From NCBI GenBank assembly GCA_049999805.1, contig JBNGIO010005625.1, positions 1 through 37,036 on the forward strand: a DNA stretch of 37,036 nt, read 5' to 3'. Within the stretch, counting starts at the first letter, position 1. Each line of letters opens with the position of its first letter. A program made the translations under genes and the position numbers. The stretch is from Folioceros fuciformis. Its lineage: Eukaryota. Under the pieces are notes generated by a model that made no database searches, was not told where the DNA came from, and saw nothing but the letters and a program-made list of their open reading frames with translations. Below, in pieces: positions 1 through 12,449 of the stretch.

Positions 1-204
1 CATCAATGTGTGTCAAAAGTGTAAAATGTTTAGAATACAACTTGGGGTTCCATTTTCAACCTTGGCTCTGGGGTGACGCTGGATGCTGACAGCAATTCTA
101 ATTTTTGGCACAAACCGGAATCAGTTTGTTCGTGCTCAGGCACCTCCCTTGTAGGCTATCGCGAGTATCATAGGTCGTGGTTCCAAAAGTGACGGCCATC
201 GGCT

Positions 205-2937
205 ATGGCGGAAGCGGGATCCTCAGGGAGCTTGTCAGGACCGGATCAGGCAATTGCGTTGGAAGCTCTGGAACGGGAGATAGATGTCCAGAGGCTGGTT
301 GCGAAGGTGCCTGCTCAGCACCTTGCGCACTTTCTGTTGTTTCGTCTTTGCTTGTCGAGTTGTGGGAAGAGCAATCGTTTTTCCAGTGCAGACACGTGTG
401 ATTCCGGCTGGAGCTGGATTGCGCTGTTGTTAGGGCACGGTGTGGGAGTAATCTGGATGTCTGTCATGGTTACTGTGGTGCAGGAGGGCAAGTTGGACTT
501 GGCGATAGAGGCACTGTTGAACTTGGAGAAGCAGTTCCGATTGGCAGCGGATGTTGTCGGAACTCGGAAAGTTGCGGTTTCCATCTTGCGATTGGCTCGG
601 GAAGCTGGGGCATGGAAGACCTTGAATGATCAAATCATGGTGCTTTCCAAGCGGCGGGCTCAGCTTAAGCAGGTGTGGTCGCTCTGCCGGTGGGATAAAT
701 AAGATGGTCGATCTGCTGTTCGGCGACGTTCCCTTTTAGGGTACTTAGGTGTGAGGGGGTTAGAGTTTCTCCACCCTCAGGATGATGGTCGTGTACGGTT
801 TGATGATACGTCCGTGGGCTGATTTTGCAGACAGTAAAAGCGATGGTACAGCAAGCCATGCCCTACATTGATGAAGCTCCTGATGTAGATACCAGAGTGG
901 AACTTATTAAGACGCTTAACAGTGTTTCAGCTGGAAAGGTGTGGAGTTTTTTTACTAGTATTCGTTTATTTGTTTGGCCTTGTGCCCTATCAGTTTGGCT
1001 TCAGCCTGACACTGTTTATGGAGCAGATCTATGTCGAGCTGGAACGAGCACGCCTTATTAAGAAGCTGGCAAAAATCAAAGAGGAGCAAGGCCTTGTGGC
1101 CGAGGCTGCTGATTTGATGCAAGAAGTTGCGGTAAGAGTTCTCTTTGAAGCTGTGCATGCGATGGCACTTTGTCAGGGCATTGCAAGTGTTTGTGCCTCC
1201 CAAACTTGTCTCTCAATAGTGTTGGGTTGCAGGTGGAAACCTTTGGTGCTATGTCCAAGACCGAGAAAATTGCCTTTATTCTCGAGCAGGTACCCATCAC
1301 GGATTATGGAGCTGGAGAACGTTACTTACATTGTTTATGTTTAGCGCAAGCTGCCACATGGGCTTGTTTTTGTTGCTGGTTTACGTGTGATGGACTTTTC
1401 GTTGTAGTTGCTCTTACTGCTTGCATTACCTTTCGTGCTAACCTGTTTTAACATTTCGTCCAGGTGCGACTCTGCCTGGATAGAAAGGACTATATGCGGG
1501 CACAGATCCTGTCCCGGAAGATTAGCCCAAGAACGTTTGTGGTTGACACAGCCAAGGAGAAGAAGAAACCGAAGGAGGGTGACAACGTGGTGGAAGCTCC
1601 ACCACCTGAGATTCCCTCGCTTCTTGAGCTGAAGCGAACATACTATGAGCTTATGATCAGGTGATATCAGCGTTCAGCTGTCATTGTTGATTGGTTATTA
1701 TTAATATTATTATTGCGCCTCTCTCTGTTTTGACAAGCTATCCGTGCTGTGTTGGGATCCAGGTACTATTCTCACACGAATGATTATTTGGAGATATGTC
1801 GGAGCTATCAGGCCATCTATGACACACCTGCAGTTCAGGACGATCAGTCGCAATGGATCCCAGTGAGTTTGACCTTCGCTGGTTGCAATTGTCAATTGCC
1901 TCATGTGAAGGGGTCCCGGTGATGAAAGTTTCCTTTTGCAGGTTTTGAGGAAAATTTGCTGGTATCTTAGCCTGGCACCACATGACCCAATGCAATCTAG
2001 CCTTATGCATGCTACATTGGAAGACAAAAGGCTTTCAGAACTCCCTAAATTTCGGTGCCGAATCTTAACTACTGTCAGTGCAGTTATGTGCGTGTTTTTG
2101 TTTTTGTTTTTGTTTCAAGGTTTGGCTCTGATGGGTGTCTAAGAAACAGAATGGTACGTTTTCTTCCAGGGCCTTATTGAAGCACTTTGTGACCATGGAA
2201 GTGATCATATGGGTCGGCTTTTGGGAAGAGTACCGGATTGAGTTTGAGCAAGAAAACAACTTGTCGGGGGGCGGGCTGGGGGACAAAGCTGCCGAGGACT
2301 TGAGACAACGGGTCATTGAGCACGTAAGTGAAACAGTGGTGGCATTACAATATGTGCTCGCCGTGGAGCAACGTGTGCTCTATTTTCTAAAATTGCTTTA
2401 GATGCATTTTTGCTGTCTCAATTGTGGGTTTGTGGCCAGAACATTCTTGTGGTGTCCAANNNNNNNNNNNNNNNNNNNNNNNNNNNNNNNNNNNNNNNNN
2501 NNNNNNNNNNNNNNNNNNNNNNNNNNNNNNNNNNNNNNNNNNNNNNNNNNNNNNNNNNNTCCAAATACTATTCAAGGATAAGCTTAAAGCGGTTGTCGGA
2601 ACTTCTCAGCCTTAGCATTCCGGTGAGCTTGTCTTCTTTCTTTCTCGCACCTAAAATAGCAACCGTACCTAATCGCATGCTGTATTTGAAACGAAAAACC
2701 GTTCTCATGTCTCAGGAGACAGAAAAACATCTCTCTGAGATGGTGGTGTCCAAAGCCCTTGTGGCCAAGGTCGACAGGCCCGCAGGGATTGTTTCTTTCC
2801 GGAGCAAGCAGGATAGTGGGGAAGTCTTGAACTCTTGGGCAGTCAACATAGAGAAGTTGTTAGACCTCGTGGAGAAGAGCTGTCATCAGATCCACAAGGA
2901 AACAATGGTCCATAAAGTTAGTCTAAAAGTGCAATAG
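205..2937 (+). CDS. RPN5: 26S proteasome non-ATPase regulatory subunit 12 (RPN5/PSMD12), multi-exon
   Basis: Exon peptides [79 protein letters not shown] and C-terminal [15 protein letters not shown]...[19 protein letters not shown] introns; stop at 2935-2937. The start at 205 is inferred. Confidence 0.95.
2460..2559. other. Scaffold gap (100 N)
   Basis: Run of N. Similar gaps occur at 23485-23584 and 27463-27562. Confidence 0.99.
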
Positions 2938-3397
2938 AGGGCTGCAATCAGCAATAAAACCAATTTTGTTCCTGTACGGGTGGTGTTGTCCTCATGCATG
3001 CCGTCCATTCCCGTGTTGGTGAAGTAGTCAAACTGCCTAGTTGCACGGAATGTGTACTGTTCGTTAATGCGGACCCTTCCACGGATGCTGCTCGTCCACT
3101 GGTATCTGCTAACAGTTTCTTCTCAGCGCACTATATGTAAACGTCGTTCCGCTGTGCATTTGAGCGTACGGAAGTGATACTGTGTGAGGCAGGGGGAAAT
3201 AATACTCGATGGCCATTACTGCTGGCTTTTGTGGCCATATCTTTTCGGACATTAGATGGACGCAGAACCGGAATTACGGAAGTGCAGCCCGGTTATCGAG
3301 CTGATAATTCCAACTACTGTATGTACATAATATTGCACGGTTTTCATTTGTGGCGTGATTTTCTTACCCTGATTTCATATCAGGTGGAAGGAAGATG

Positions 3398-3443
3398 AGA
3401 AGGAGGGGAAGTGGTGGAAGAGAAGGAGGGGAAGTCGTGGAAG
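3398..3443 (+). repeat. 23-bp tandem duplication within a purine-rich tract
   Basis: agaaggaggggaagt(g/c)gtggaag occurs twice, at 3398-3420 and 3421-3443. Confidence 0.8.
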
Positions 3444-4024
3444 AAGGGTTGCGTTCCTTTTGATGCCCTACTTATGAGCCGTGTGAAGAAGAAAAGGAGG
3501 GGGAAGAAAGGGGAATGAGGATCATGAACAATCTCCAGGTGCTTGCGCAGGAAAGAGAGTTAGAAAGGGGATGAAAAGAGTCAGGAAAGGGGTTGAAGAA
3601 TGTGTAGATTCGGGACAAGAATTGTACGTATGGAAGGCGCAAGTCGGTATGGTTCGATGGGTCTGGGCTATCTTCATCCTCCTGGACTTATTTTGTTGAC
3701 GAGCTGATGTCCATGGACCTGACACAAGACATAGTCAAGGAAGGGAGAGAAAAGGACTTGACAAGACACGAAGTCCAATATCGGGGCGAGCGAGTCCATA
3801 CAGTATCCGGGGGAGGGGCATTGTGCAGCCGGCAATGACCCGAGGTAAGGCGCACGCGTTTAACGAGAGCAATGCATGTCCCCTGAACCAGCATCCATCA
3901 TCTACCCGAAAAGATTCCGCTACCTGATGACGTGGGGTTAGCACGTTGTCGATGGCCAATACCGGTAGCCATAATATATTGCCTTCTTTATCGATGACCA
4001 ATCGTGCAGGACGCGGTGTGTACA

Positions 4025-7000
4025 ATGGTGGCCCAGCTTCTGGCTTTGTGCGTCCTCCTGTCTTCGTCGATTTCATGCGTCGACGCTGCTCCGAAGAACC
4101 TTGTGGTGGACACGGACCTCGATACGGATGATGTTTTCGCTCTTCTGTTCATTCTGAAACAGAACCGCTCAGAAATAAATTTGAAGGTGACGGAGCTGAC
4201 TTCTTAGTATCATTCCTGTCAGGACTATACAATGTCATGTACAGTGGAGCGCATTTCAGGATTCCAAGAGGAGAACCCAGCTGACCTTTGCCCGTTATGT
4301 GCAGGCTGTGACGATTAACTCCAACAGCTGGGCAAATGCTGCATCCGCAGCCAATACTGTGTACAATGTTCTGTACATGCTAGGGCGGGAGGATGTAGCT
4401 GTGGGCGTTGGTGGTGAAGGCGGGATCCTGCCGGATGGAACGATTCAGCCTGACGTTGGTGGCTACTTGCCCATCATTGATCAGGTGGGGAATTCACCCT
4501 CCGATCTCGGTGTGTTGTGGTGTGAAGAAACGATGGCGTCGTAGCTAATGTTCCGCACGAATGCTCATTCATCTCAGGGAGAAACAACCGCTGGAGGCTG
4601 CCGGTACAGACAGGCTGTGCCTCCTGGGGCAGGAGGAAGTCTGGATGTCGACACTAACTATGGGCTTCGAAGACAGTTCCTGCCACAGGTAACTTTTGAA
4701 GAGGAGGATTGTTGAGGCACGTAGAGTGTGGAGGAACAGTTCTCTCGCTGATGGATGCTGCATGTGTTGAGTGAGACCAGTCCAGGAAAAGGTGGTACAG
4801 GCCAGGGGAGCAGCCTACGGCACAGACGGTGCTCCTCAGTTCTCTGTCGTCCGGCACCAACACGCTCTTGACTTTGGGAGGGCTTACCAACATCGCCACG
4901 CTACTTCAGACTCACTCTCAAGTGAAGGAGCACATCGACCACATCTATGTCATGGGAGGTGCAGTGAAAAGCTCGAATCCCGCTGGATGTTGCCCTGCTA
5001 ATGACACCACGTGCGTTCCACGACCTTCGTGTGGCAGTGTGGGAAATCTGTTTGATGCCGTGGATACCAACCCTTTCGCGGAGTTCAATATGTTCATGGA
5101 TCCTTTTGCTGCCTACCAGGTAAGTTTCCACTTCTGCAACCCTTGCAGCAAGCGCCACGCCAGGTTTTTATGGGACAACTCGCGCCTGGTTGATCAGGTG
5201 TTCCACTCTGGACTCCCTCTCACATTGGTGGCTCTTGATGCTACCAACACCATCACCTTGTCGGAGCAATTCTTCAACGTATTTGGAAGAAGCGAAAATC
5301 AGCGGACATTTGAGGCGCAGTACTGCTTCCAGACTCTCAAGATTCTTCGTGACACTTGGTTCGACGACACATTCTACACTGTGAGCAGTGACCCTGTCTT
5401 TTCTCTGTCCGTTCTTCTGTTCCAGGCAATTGGTTCTTCTAACGTGGATGTAGCGCATGTCTCGCAGAGCTTGTTCGTATGGGATTCCTTTGCCTCTGGA
5501 GTCACCATCTCAGGCATGAGAAACAACCATGACTATACCAAAAATGAGTTTGCAGAAATTTTCCCTAAGAAGGTTACTGTGGTCACATCCAACAAACCTT
5601 ATGGTGCACATGATGGCTCCAACCCGTTCTTCGCTAGGGGAAGAGTGCCTCCTTTTAACATCAAAGACGGCGGAATCCATAGTGGCCACGTCCAGACTGG
5701 GATGCAAGACCCTTTCTGTCTCGCAAATTCAAGCAACGGCAGGGGCGTCTGTCAGGTGCTGCCTCTCTGCTCCCTCTCCTGGAAGCAACGTGAAACGGAA
5801 TGGCAATGACAATTCTTATAACTCTGTGGGCTCACAGGATGGATATACCAAGGAAACCGATGGTCCAGACGGCGTAAACATTTTTCTGGCTACCCGTGCC
5901 AAGCCGAACCAGGATCCTGGAAGTCCTCTGGATCGGGAGTTCTACCGAAAATACATCGCTGTGAGTCTTCTTACTCTTGGTTCGTGCTTGTTGTGCCAAC
6001 AGCATCACGGGCGAAGACGCAGAAATCTGTGTGCGTCATTTGCAGGCGTTGAACGATCCGCACCAGACAGCGTCTTTCAATTTCCAGACAGAGTTCAAGC
6101 ACAAGAAGGATGTGTTGTACTCACCCGATTTGAAGGGCTTGACATTGGGCAGAACCGTTGTCTTCGACATGGATATGAGTCCTGGGGATTTCATCACACT
6201 CTTCTACCTCCTCAAGACGCCCGTGGGAATTCTAAATCTCAAGGTAAGTAACTCGGTGAAGGCCTTTAGTTTAGGTAAAACTGTGAGGACGCAGGCTTCG
6301 GGTCATCAGCTTTCTCTGTTCTACTTGGCAGGCCATTACCACGGTGGGGAATGGGTGGGCAAACCCGGCTACCATTGACCTCGTTTACGACGTCTTGCAC
6401 ATGATGGGCCGAGATGATGTTGCCGTCGGGGCAGGAGCATTCTTTGCTCTCAACCAGTCTTACCCTCCCTTCAATGCTGAGGGTGGTTGCAAGTATTACA
6501 AGGCTATCCCTAACGGAGGCGGTGGTCAAATTGATAGTGATTCTCTGTTTGGGCTCAACTACCAATTGCCTCGAAGTCCTCGCTTGTAAGAATTCCTCGC
6601 ACTCACCGAACTTCATCTTAAAAGCCTTGCGGGCATGGGGAGTCTGATCCATTTGGATGGCCGGGCAGATATACTGCACAGAATTCTGTCAAGTTTGGTG
6701 CACCCAGGAACACCGAATTCCCAGAACTTAGGCAGCGGCTGGCAGGTGAAGTTTTGGCTGAGGTCTTCAGGAATTTCTCCAAGGTTACCATTGTGACAGG
6801 AGGCCCCCTCACAAACATCGCCACCTTTCTTCAGTCGAATGCCAGCTATAAGTATCAGATTGAGGTACGTACGACAAGAACGTCCTAAGCGTGTTAAAGT
6901 GGCCAGAGAACTTCTCCTTCAATTTGTGTCCTCAACCTTTGCAGGAAATGTACACAACGGGTGGCGCCATTAACAGGAAGGGAAACGTTTTCACCGTACC

Positions 7001-7704
7001 CGAAAACCATGTCTCAGAATTCAACTTCTTCCTGGACCCAATTGCGGCGCAGTACGTGATTGAGTCAGCCGGGATAGAGAACTTGACTTTGATACCCTTG
7101 GACAGTTCTTCACGGGTGCCACTCACTGCCAAGTTTGTCCACAAATTGAATCAGCAGGCAAAGACAGCAGAGGCAAAATTTATGGGCAAACTTCTTGCCA
7201 CCATCTACCGGCTGCGGGGCTCAGGAGAAGTGTACCACTTTCAGGTAAAGGTTCTGCAAACTCTTCAAGCCTCCAAGCCTAAAGCAAACTTGAAAGCTCT
7301 TCGCGACACCCAGCTGGGCATGACGTCCGTTCCTATTCCCTTTCAGTCACGAAACGTTTTGGGGGAGGTGCTGGCGGCAACAATATTGTCTGATTCGTCC
7401 CTGGTCAAGAAGTGGGAGACGGCGACCATTGCAGTAACGTCAACAGGTGACATCGCAGTGGACGGACAGACCCACTTTGCACCGACCAGTGGCTCGCGGC
7501 TGCAGTTGAGGTAACGTTAAGCCACGTCCTGCCGGGGCAACCATTCTCGACTTTCCTATCTGAGCTGTCAGTACTCTCGTTGCCAGGTATGCCAGGGAGG
7601 TTGTCAGAGAGCCGTTCCTGGAGAAGCTACTGGCCCAGCTCAACGAGCCTACGCAAACAGCAGTGGTGGGCAGTTTCGAGGACCAGATCAAACAATGGAG
7701 TTGA
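4025..7704 (+). CDS. Secreted two-domain inosine-uridine-preferring nucleoside hydrolase (NSH3-like), multi-exon
   Basis: Signal-peptide-like [21 protein letters not shown]; domain 1 has [21 protein letters not shown] and AEFNMFMDP; domain 2 has [22 protein letters not shown] and SEFNFFLDP; the last exon ends [11 protein letters not shown] at 7704. Confidence 0.92.
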
Positions 7705-9166
7705 TCAGGCTTTTCACATCTGCTGCAGTCTGTCATGGCCCACGTTGTCCGATCCAGAGGCCCCAGATGTGTTTTGCGTTTGTATCGCCAAGCCACGTTG
7801 GAGCATGTACCGGCACTAGCTCAGTCTTGCATGTGACGCAGAAGTGGGCCACACGCTTCGTATTTCACAACGTACTGTGCCCCAGGTTGTACACATCATC
7901 CAGTGGTGGAAGCAGCAGGCTCCTGTCCTCATCTGATCCCGCTGTGTGACCTCGATGGGCCCGTGCCCGAGCCAACCACCTGAGTGATGATCTCAGCGAG
8001 GTGCATCACCAGTACCTAGGTCGTCCTGACGTGGCAATGGCTCTCCAGATTCCTCCCGCAGTTTGGATAATGGTGCGGCACTGCTGAGCCAAGCGACCCA
8101 GGTCAATGGATATGCTTTGCCGAAATCCTCTGGACAAAACATCGATCACTGTCGCCTCCTTTGTGCGCTGGCCCAGAGCTTCCTTCAGCAGGATCACATG
8201 GCAGCACAGAATGTGGATGATATTTATGACAGCCACTTGCGACTACCACAGATTGTGGCTGGAAGCGATATACTGGTAGCGTGCCGAGGATATCCAAAGA
8301 ATGTTAGTAGTATCAAGTGGAGGCGCATTTCACCTATACGGACCATTGGCGCCCTTGTGGGAAGCACATGCCTTCCCATGTCGCGCAGACGACGACCTGC
8401 CTTGGAACTGCGGATCGCCACTGGACCTGTTGCAAAGATAAGGTAAGGTATTATTCGGACTACATTGTTGAAGAAAAATCAACTAGTGAGCGGACGAGAG
8501 AAAGGAAAACCCTTGACATTTGGGAGAACCTTCGTACAGAGTATTCCGTAGAATTTGACAAGTAGGTGTGGGAAGTTCAATAGAAGACGCTAGAAGATGC
8601 CTCCACCATTTTCTGCACACGTAGTACACGTTTGCTGGTTGCATTGAGGATAAAGTTCAAGCGCACAGTGGAGAGAGTGTTAAAAGGGCCATTAGGTATC
8701 TTCTATCCACGCAAGTACTAACTGCACAATGACATGGATACATTGGAGATGATATTTGGGAGTAGAACAGAGGTCATGGCATTACGAGATACAGAGGTGT
8801 AAAAAATCGAGCTCGTGAACATTCAATGAAAAAGACATTCAATGAGCCTGCAACGGAACTACATTTTACAATGTGACTCAAGCGGAATCCCGCAAGAGAG
8901 AAAATCCTGCCTACAACCATCGCCAATGACACAACGTTATTCATCCAGGCTACATTGCTTCTACAGCCGGTACCCGCTACAACTGCACAAAAAACAAGCC
9001 CGCTCTAGGTACTAACAAATTCTCGAGCCTTTACCCTAAGAGATCTAGGCAGTGACGAACCTTATTCAGGGTAAAGCACAACCCGCCGTCCCAGGCACGA
9101 GCTGCCTCCGCAAAACCAGTGCTGTAAAAGAAGGAGCTGCACAACAAATCACAAAGCACAAGCGAT

Positions 9167-9919
9167 CTAGTAATCGCCAGCGGGAGCCGGGTGGCCGTGG
9201 TGAGGAGGAGGGGCCAAAAAGATCTCGTCGTACAAGATGGCGGCGAGGCCACCTCCGAGAAGGGGGCCGACCCAGTAAACGTAGTGGTCGGTGAAGTCCC
9301 AGGCAGCGACGGCGGGGCCGAAGGAACGGGCTGGGTTGAGGGAGGCACCAGTGTACGGCACTCCAATGAAGTGAGCAATCAAGACGGTGAACCCGATAGC
9401 CAGAGGCGCGATGGGAGACTTGGCATCCACAGCGGTGGCGAAGATGACAAAGACCAAGGCGAAAGTGAGCACAGTCTCGAGGATAATCCCGGCCCAGACG
9501 CTCTCAACTACGGACAAGGTGTGAATCGGGAGGACGGCGTGCGGCAGCACGACGGTGAGGAGGAAGGAGGCAGCCACGGCACCGATGAGCTGCCCGATCC
9601 AGTAGAGAAGGCCGCGGAGGACAGTGATCTTGCCGACGATGGCGAGCCCGAAGGTAACAGCGGGGTTCACATGTCCGCCAGAGATGCCGGCAGTGGCGGC
9701 CACTGTGACGAAGATCGCAATTCCGTGCGCGAGAGCGATGACGGTGAGGCCGGCGGCATCGAGTTCGCCCTCGTGGATTGAGTTGTAGGAGATGACACTT
9801 CCCACGCCGATGAAGACGAAGAGGAAGGTGGCAATGAGCTCAGCGAAGCTCGCCTTGAGGCCGTCGACGCTGGTAACCTCATCCCGCCTCCCCACAGCTA
9901 CCTTGTTCCCGATCGCCAT
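9167..9919 (-). CDS. Intronless aquaporin, tonoplast intrinsic protein (TIP6-like), 250 aa
   Basis: ATG at 9919 (MAIGNKVAVG); two NPA boxes (GGHVNPAVTFG, GASLNPARSFG); six hydrophobic helices; TIP-type HYVYWVGP and a C-terminus ending in DY. Confidence 0.95.
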   Translation of the reverse strand: MAIGNKVAVGRRDEVTSVDGLKASFAELIATFLFVFIGVGSVISYNSIHEGELDAAGLTVIALAHGIAIFVTVAATAGISGGHVNPAVTFGLAIVGKITVLRGLLYWIGQLIGAVAASFLLTVVLPHAVLPIHTLSVVESVWAGIILETVLTFALVFVIFATAVDAKSPIAPLAIGFTVLIAHFIGVPYTGASLNPARSFGPAVAAWDFTDHYVYWVGPLLGGGLAAILYDEIFLAPPPHHGHPAPAGDY

Positions 9920-10150
9920 AGCTACCCTGCGGCTGTGCTTGCGTGAGCTGGGCTCTCGCGTAGCGTGGGACCGAGGAGCACAGAGCAGGGAAAGGAGCCG
10001 GGGTTGGTGAGCTCTGCTGCTGCGACACCCGAATGAGGAGAGATTGCGGGTTTTGAGAGCTTCCCGGCGCGTGTTTGCCAACTCAGCGGCCCAAATAATG
10101 GAGCCCACGTCAGCCCGCGCGGTTGGAATATGCCAGGGTGCGCTGCACCT

Positions 10151-10223
10151 GGCTGGGGCTGGGGCTGGGGCTGGGGCTGGGGCTGGGGCTGGGCTGGCTG
10201 GGCTGGCTGGCTGGCTGGCTGGC
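10151..10223 (+). repeat. (GGGGCT)n to (GGCT)n G-rich microsatellite
   Basis: About six GGGGCT units grading into GGCT units, ~230-300 bp upstream of the TIP start. Confidence 0.9.
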
Positions 10224-11101
10224 CTAGGTTCCTGCTCAACTTTCCCTATCCGATCTGCGCCATGTGCCTACTCTGCTCTTTTTGATCTGCCTGCCCCGGC
10301 CATATGTGGATCGGGATCGACTCGACAGTCTCGACTCGTTCGCACCAGTCGCTTCCAACAGCTTGGGCAGTTAAAATAGAATGACTCCCACCCAGTTATG
10401 CTATGCTCGCTTTCTTGCTTCTCGGTTTTTCTACGAATGACATGGGCATAGTTGATGGCGTTCGACACGATGGCGCCTCGTAGTGGATGGATCTGACGTT
10501 GGATAGGATAGCTGACATCTCTATCTCTAGGTACGTGAATTGAATTCTGAGGCCGGGCCAGCGAAGCAGTGCTGTGCTGTGTTCAAAGGAATGTACAGTA
10601 CTCTGCACTGTATTCAATGAGGAAGGACAGAAGGAATGAAGGAAGGAAGGTGAGAATTGAAAGCCGTGGTTGTTTTTCTTGCGGCCCTCTTTGCATCTCT
10701 TCCCCTTCCGACAGATGGGATCTCCCATTTCTTTGAAATGAAATATGCAAACCAAACCAAGCCAAACCCCTTCCATTCCATTCAATTCAATTCAAAGGTG
10801 AGGAGAGATGAGCAGAACAGATCCGATCTGAGCTGAGCAGAAGAGAAGAGCTGAGCAGCGGAGAAGGAAGCCAGTGATGGGCAGTATAAATGATGGTGCG
10901 TGGCGTGGCGTGCCGTGTGGCTGGAGACTCTGGAGTGTTAACATGTACAGTACTGTACATACTTGAGCGCATCTGACGACATGGACGGTGGCTCGGCATT
11001 CAGTGCAGTGTGGGCAACGCTGTCCTTACGTGGGGCCCGCCACAGAGGACGGTCGTGGGTGTATCCATCCGCCGCGTAAGAATCGCTCCTGGGAGTCTTC
11101 T

Positions 11102-11163
11102 GGACCGGGGCCCGGGCCCGGGCCCGGGTCCGGCCCCAACGGGCACGGGACCAGGCCGGGCCC
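11102..11163. repeat. (GGGCCC)n self-complementary GC repeat
   Basis: ggaccggggcccgggcccgggcccgggtcc followed by further GGCCC motifs. Confidence 0.7.
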
Positions 11164-12449
11164 AGTGGACTAGGCCAGTGAGTCCGCGATCCCGGAGGCT
11201 GGAGACATGTCGTGGTTTGTTCCATGCCTTCCAGATCTGTAGAGTGTGCGTAGTGAAGGCAAGCATCTGTGGAGTGCGTTGGCGCAGTCGGGTCGGGCAG
11301 GGTCGACGATATGCGGTGCTCATCTCTTTTGCGTTCTCGGCATCTCTGTATCCAGCATCTCTTGAGCGGCTTCAGGACATGTCGACAAAGCTGCATAGAC
11401 AACTGCAACTACTGTATGTTTCTGCCGTCGCCGTCAGCCAGCCGGAGTTGAGTTATCCATCCCATCCCCTTTAAGGACCCTAGGGTTTCACCGTTTCTTG
11501 GAAGGAGAGCAGCCGCTCATGAGCTGCTGCGCCATGCCCTGCTCTGACCTATAGCTACACGTAGTGTAGTGTTGCAGAGCTGGTGCAGAAAATGCCTTCC
11601 AGCCGGCAGGAGACTTCGAGATGCGAGACCCCGCCCTCTAGCAAGCACTCAACTGCAGTACACTGCTGCAAGCTGGACGGTGGCTGTGAACACGACATGA
11701 AAGGGAAAGGAAGATTCCAGAGCTTTTCCCGCTTCCACACTTCTGACAGGAATGGTTCGCGTTATGTGAAAACCTAAAGCTACGCTACCTCTTTTCTCTG
11801 CTGGCGTCTTTAGCGCACCACCCACCCACTCTGAGAGTACTGTTGGCATCAAATAGAGGTAGGCGTTGGCTTGTCGTACCGCGGTTATTTCGAAGTACAT
11901 AAAGTAACGAGCGCTACCTGCATCAAATCGCTTCAGGTAGCTGCGCTTGCTGTGGTACCTCTCAAGGCATGGGAATCAAGAAAAGCGTCTCATCCGACGG
12001 TTTGCACAGGGCACTATTTGGAAAATGCAGTTGAGGTAAGACCCAGATCAGGCACTGACAAGGTGAACATCCACGTACATACATGCCGAAGAGGGCGAGA
12101 GTTTCCTACCTACATGGACTGCTTCCAATCCTTCCTTTCCACGCCAGGCCGTGAGTAAATAATATCCCACAGTTCAATCACAGATAGGTGCTGACTGCAG
12201 GCAGCACGACAACCTGCTTCCCATGGGACTGGGCACATCGGTCCGTTCTATCGATGCACACAGTACGGAATTCCGACTGCGGCCACCTGTTGCTAACATT
12301 CCTCCCCCCACCTCGTGGGACTGTCACAGCGAAAATTTGCTGTGAAAATTTGCCGTAGAACGGTTGTCCCCCCACCTAGGTGTGACTGAAACGGGGAACT
12401 GGGCTGCACCTGTATTTACTCGGGCCTGGCATATCCGCCTCTACTTAAC

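Noticed and set aside
6160-6195. Degenerate catalytic motif DMDMSPGD in nucleoside hydrolase domain 2
   Set aside because: Expected for the second domain of plant two-domain NSH3-type enzymes, so not novel.
7984-8087. Possible C/D-box snoRNA (GTGATGA...CTGA)
   Set aside because: No clear terminal stem or recognisable rRNA antisense element.
9191-9781. 196-aa plus-strand ORF
   Set aside because: Antisense shadow of the GC3-rich TIP coding sequence.
9920-10108. 63-aa N-terminal extension of the TIP ORF
   Set aside because: Begins at a non-ATG codon and has no family similarity; the first ATG at 9919 matches TIP N-termini.
9922-11474. ORFs with QPQPQP, AGAGAG or GPGPGP runs
   Set aside because: Translations of microsatellites in GC-rich intergenic DNA with no domain signal.
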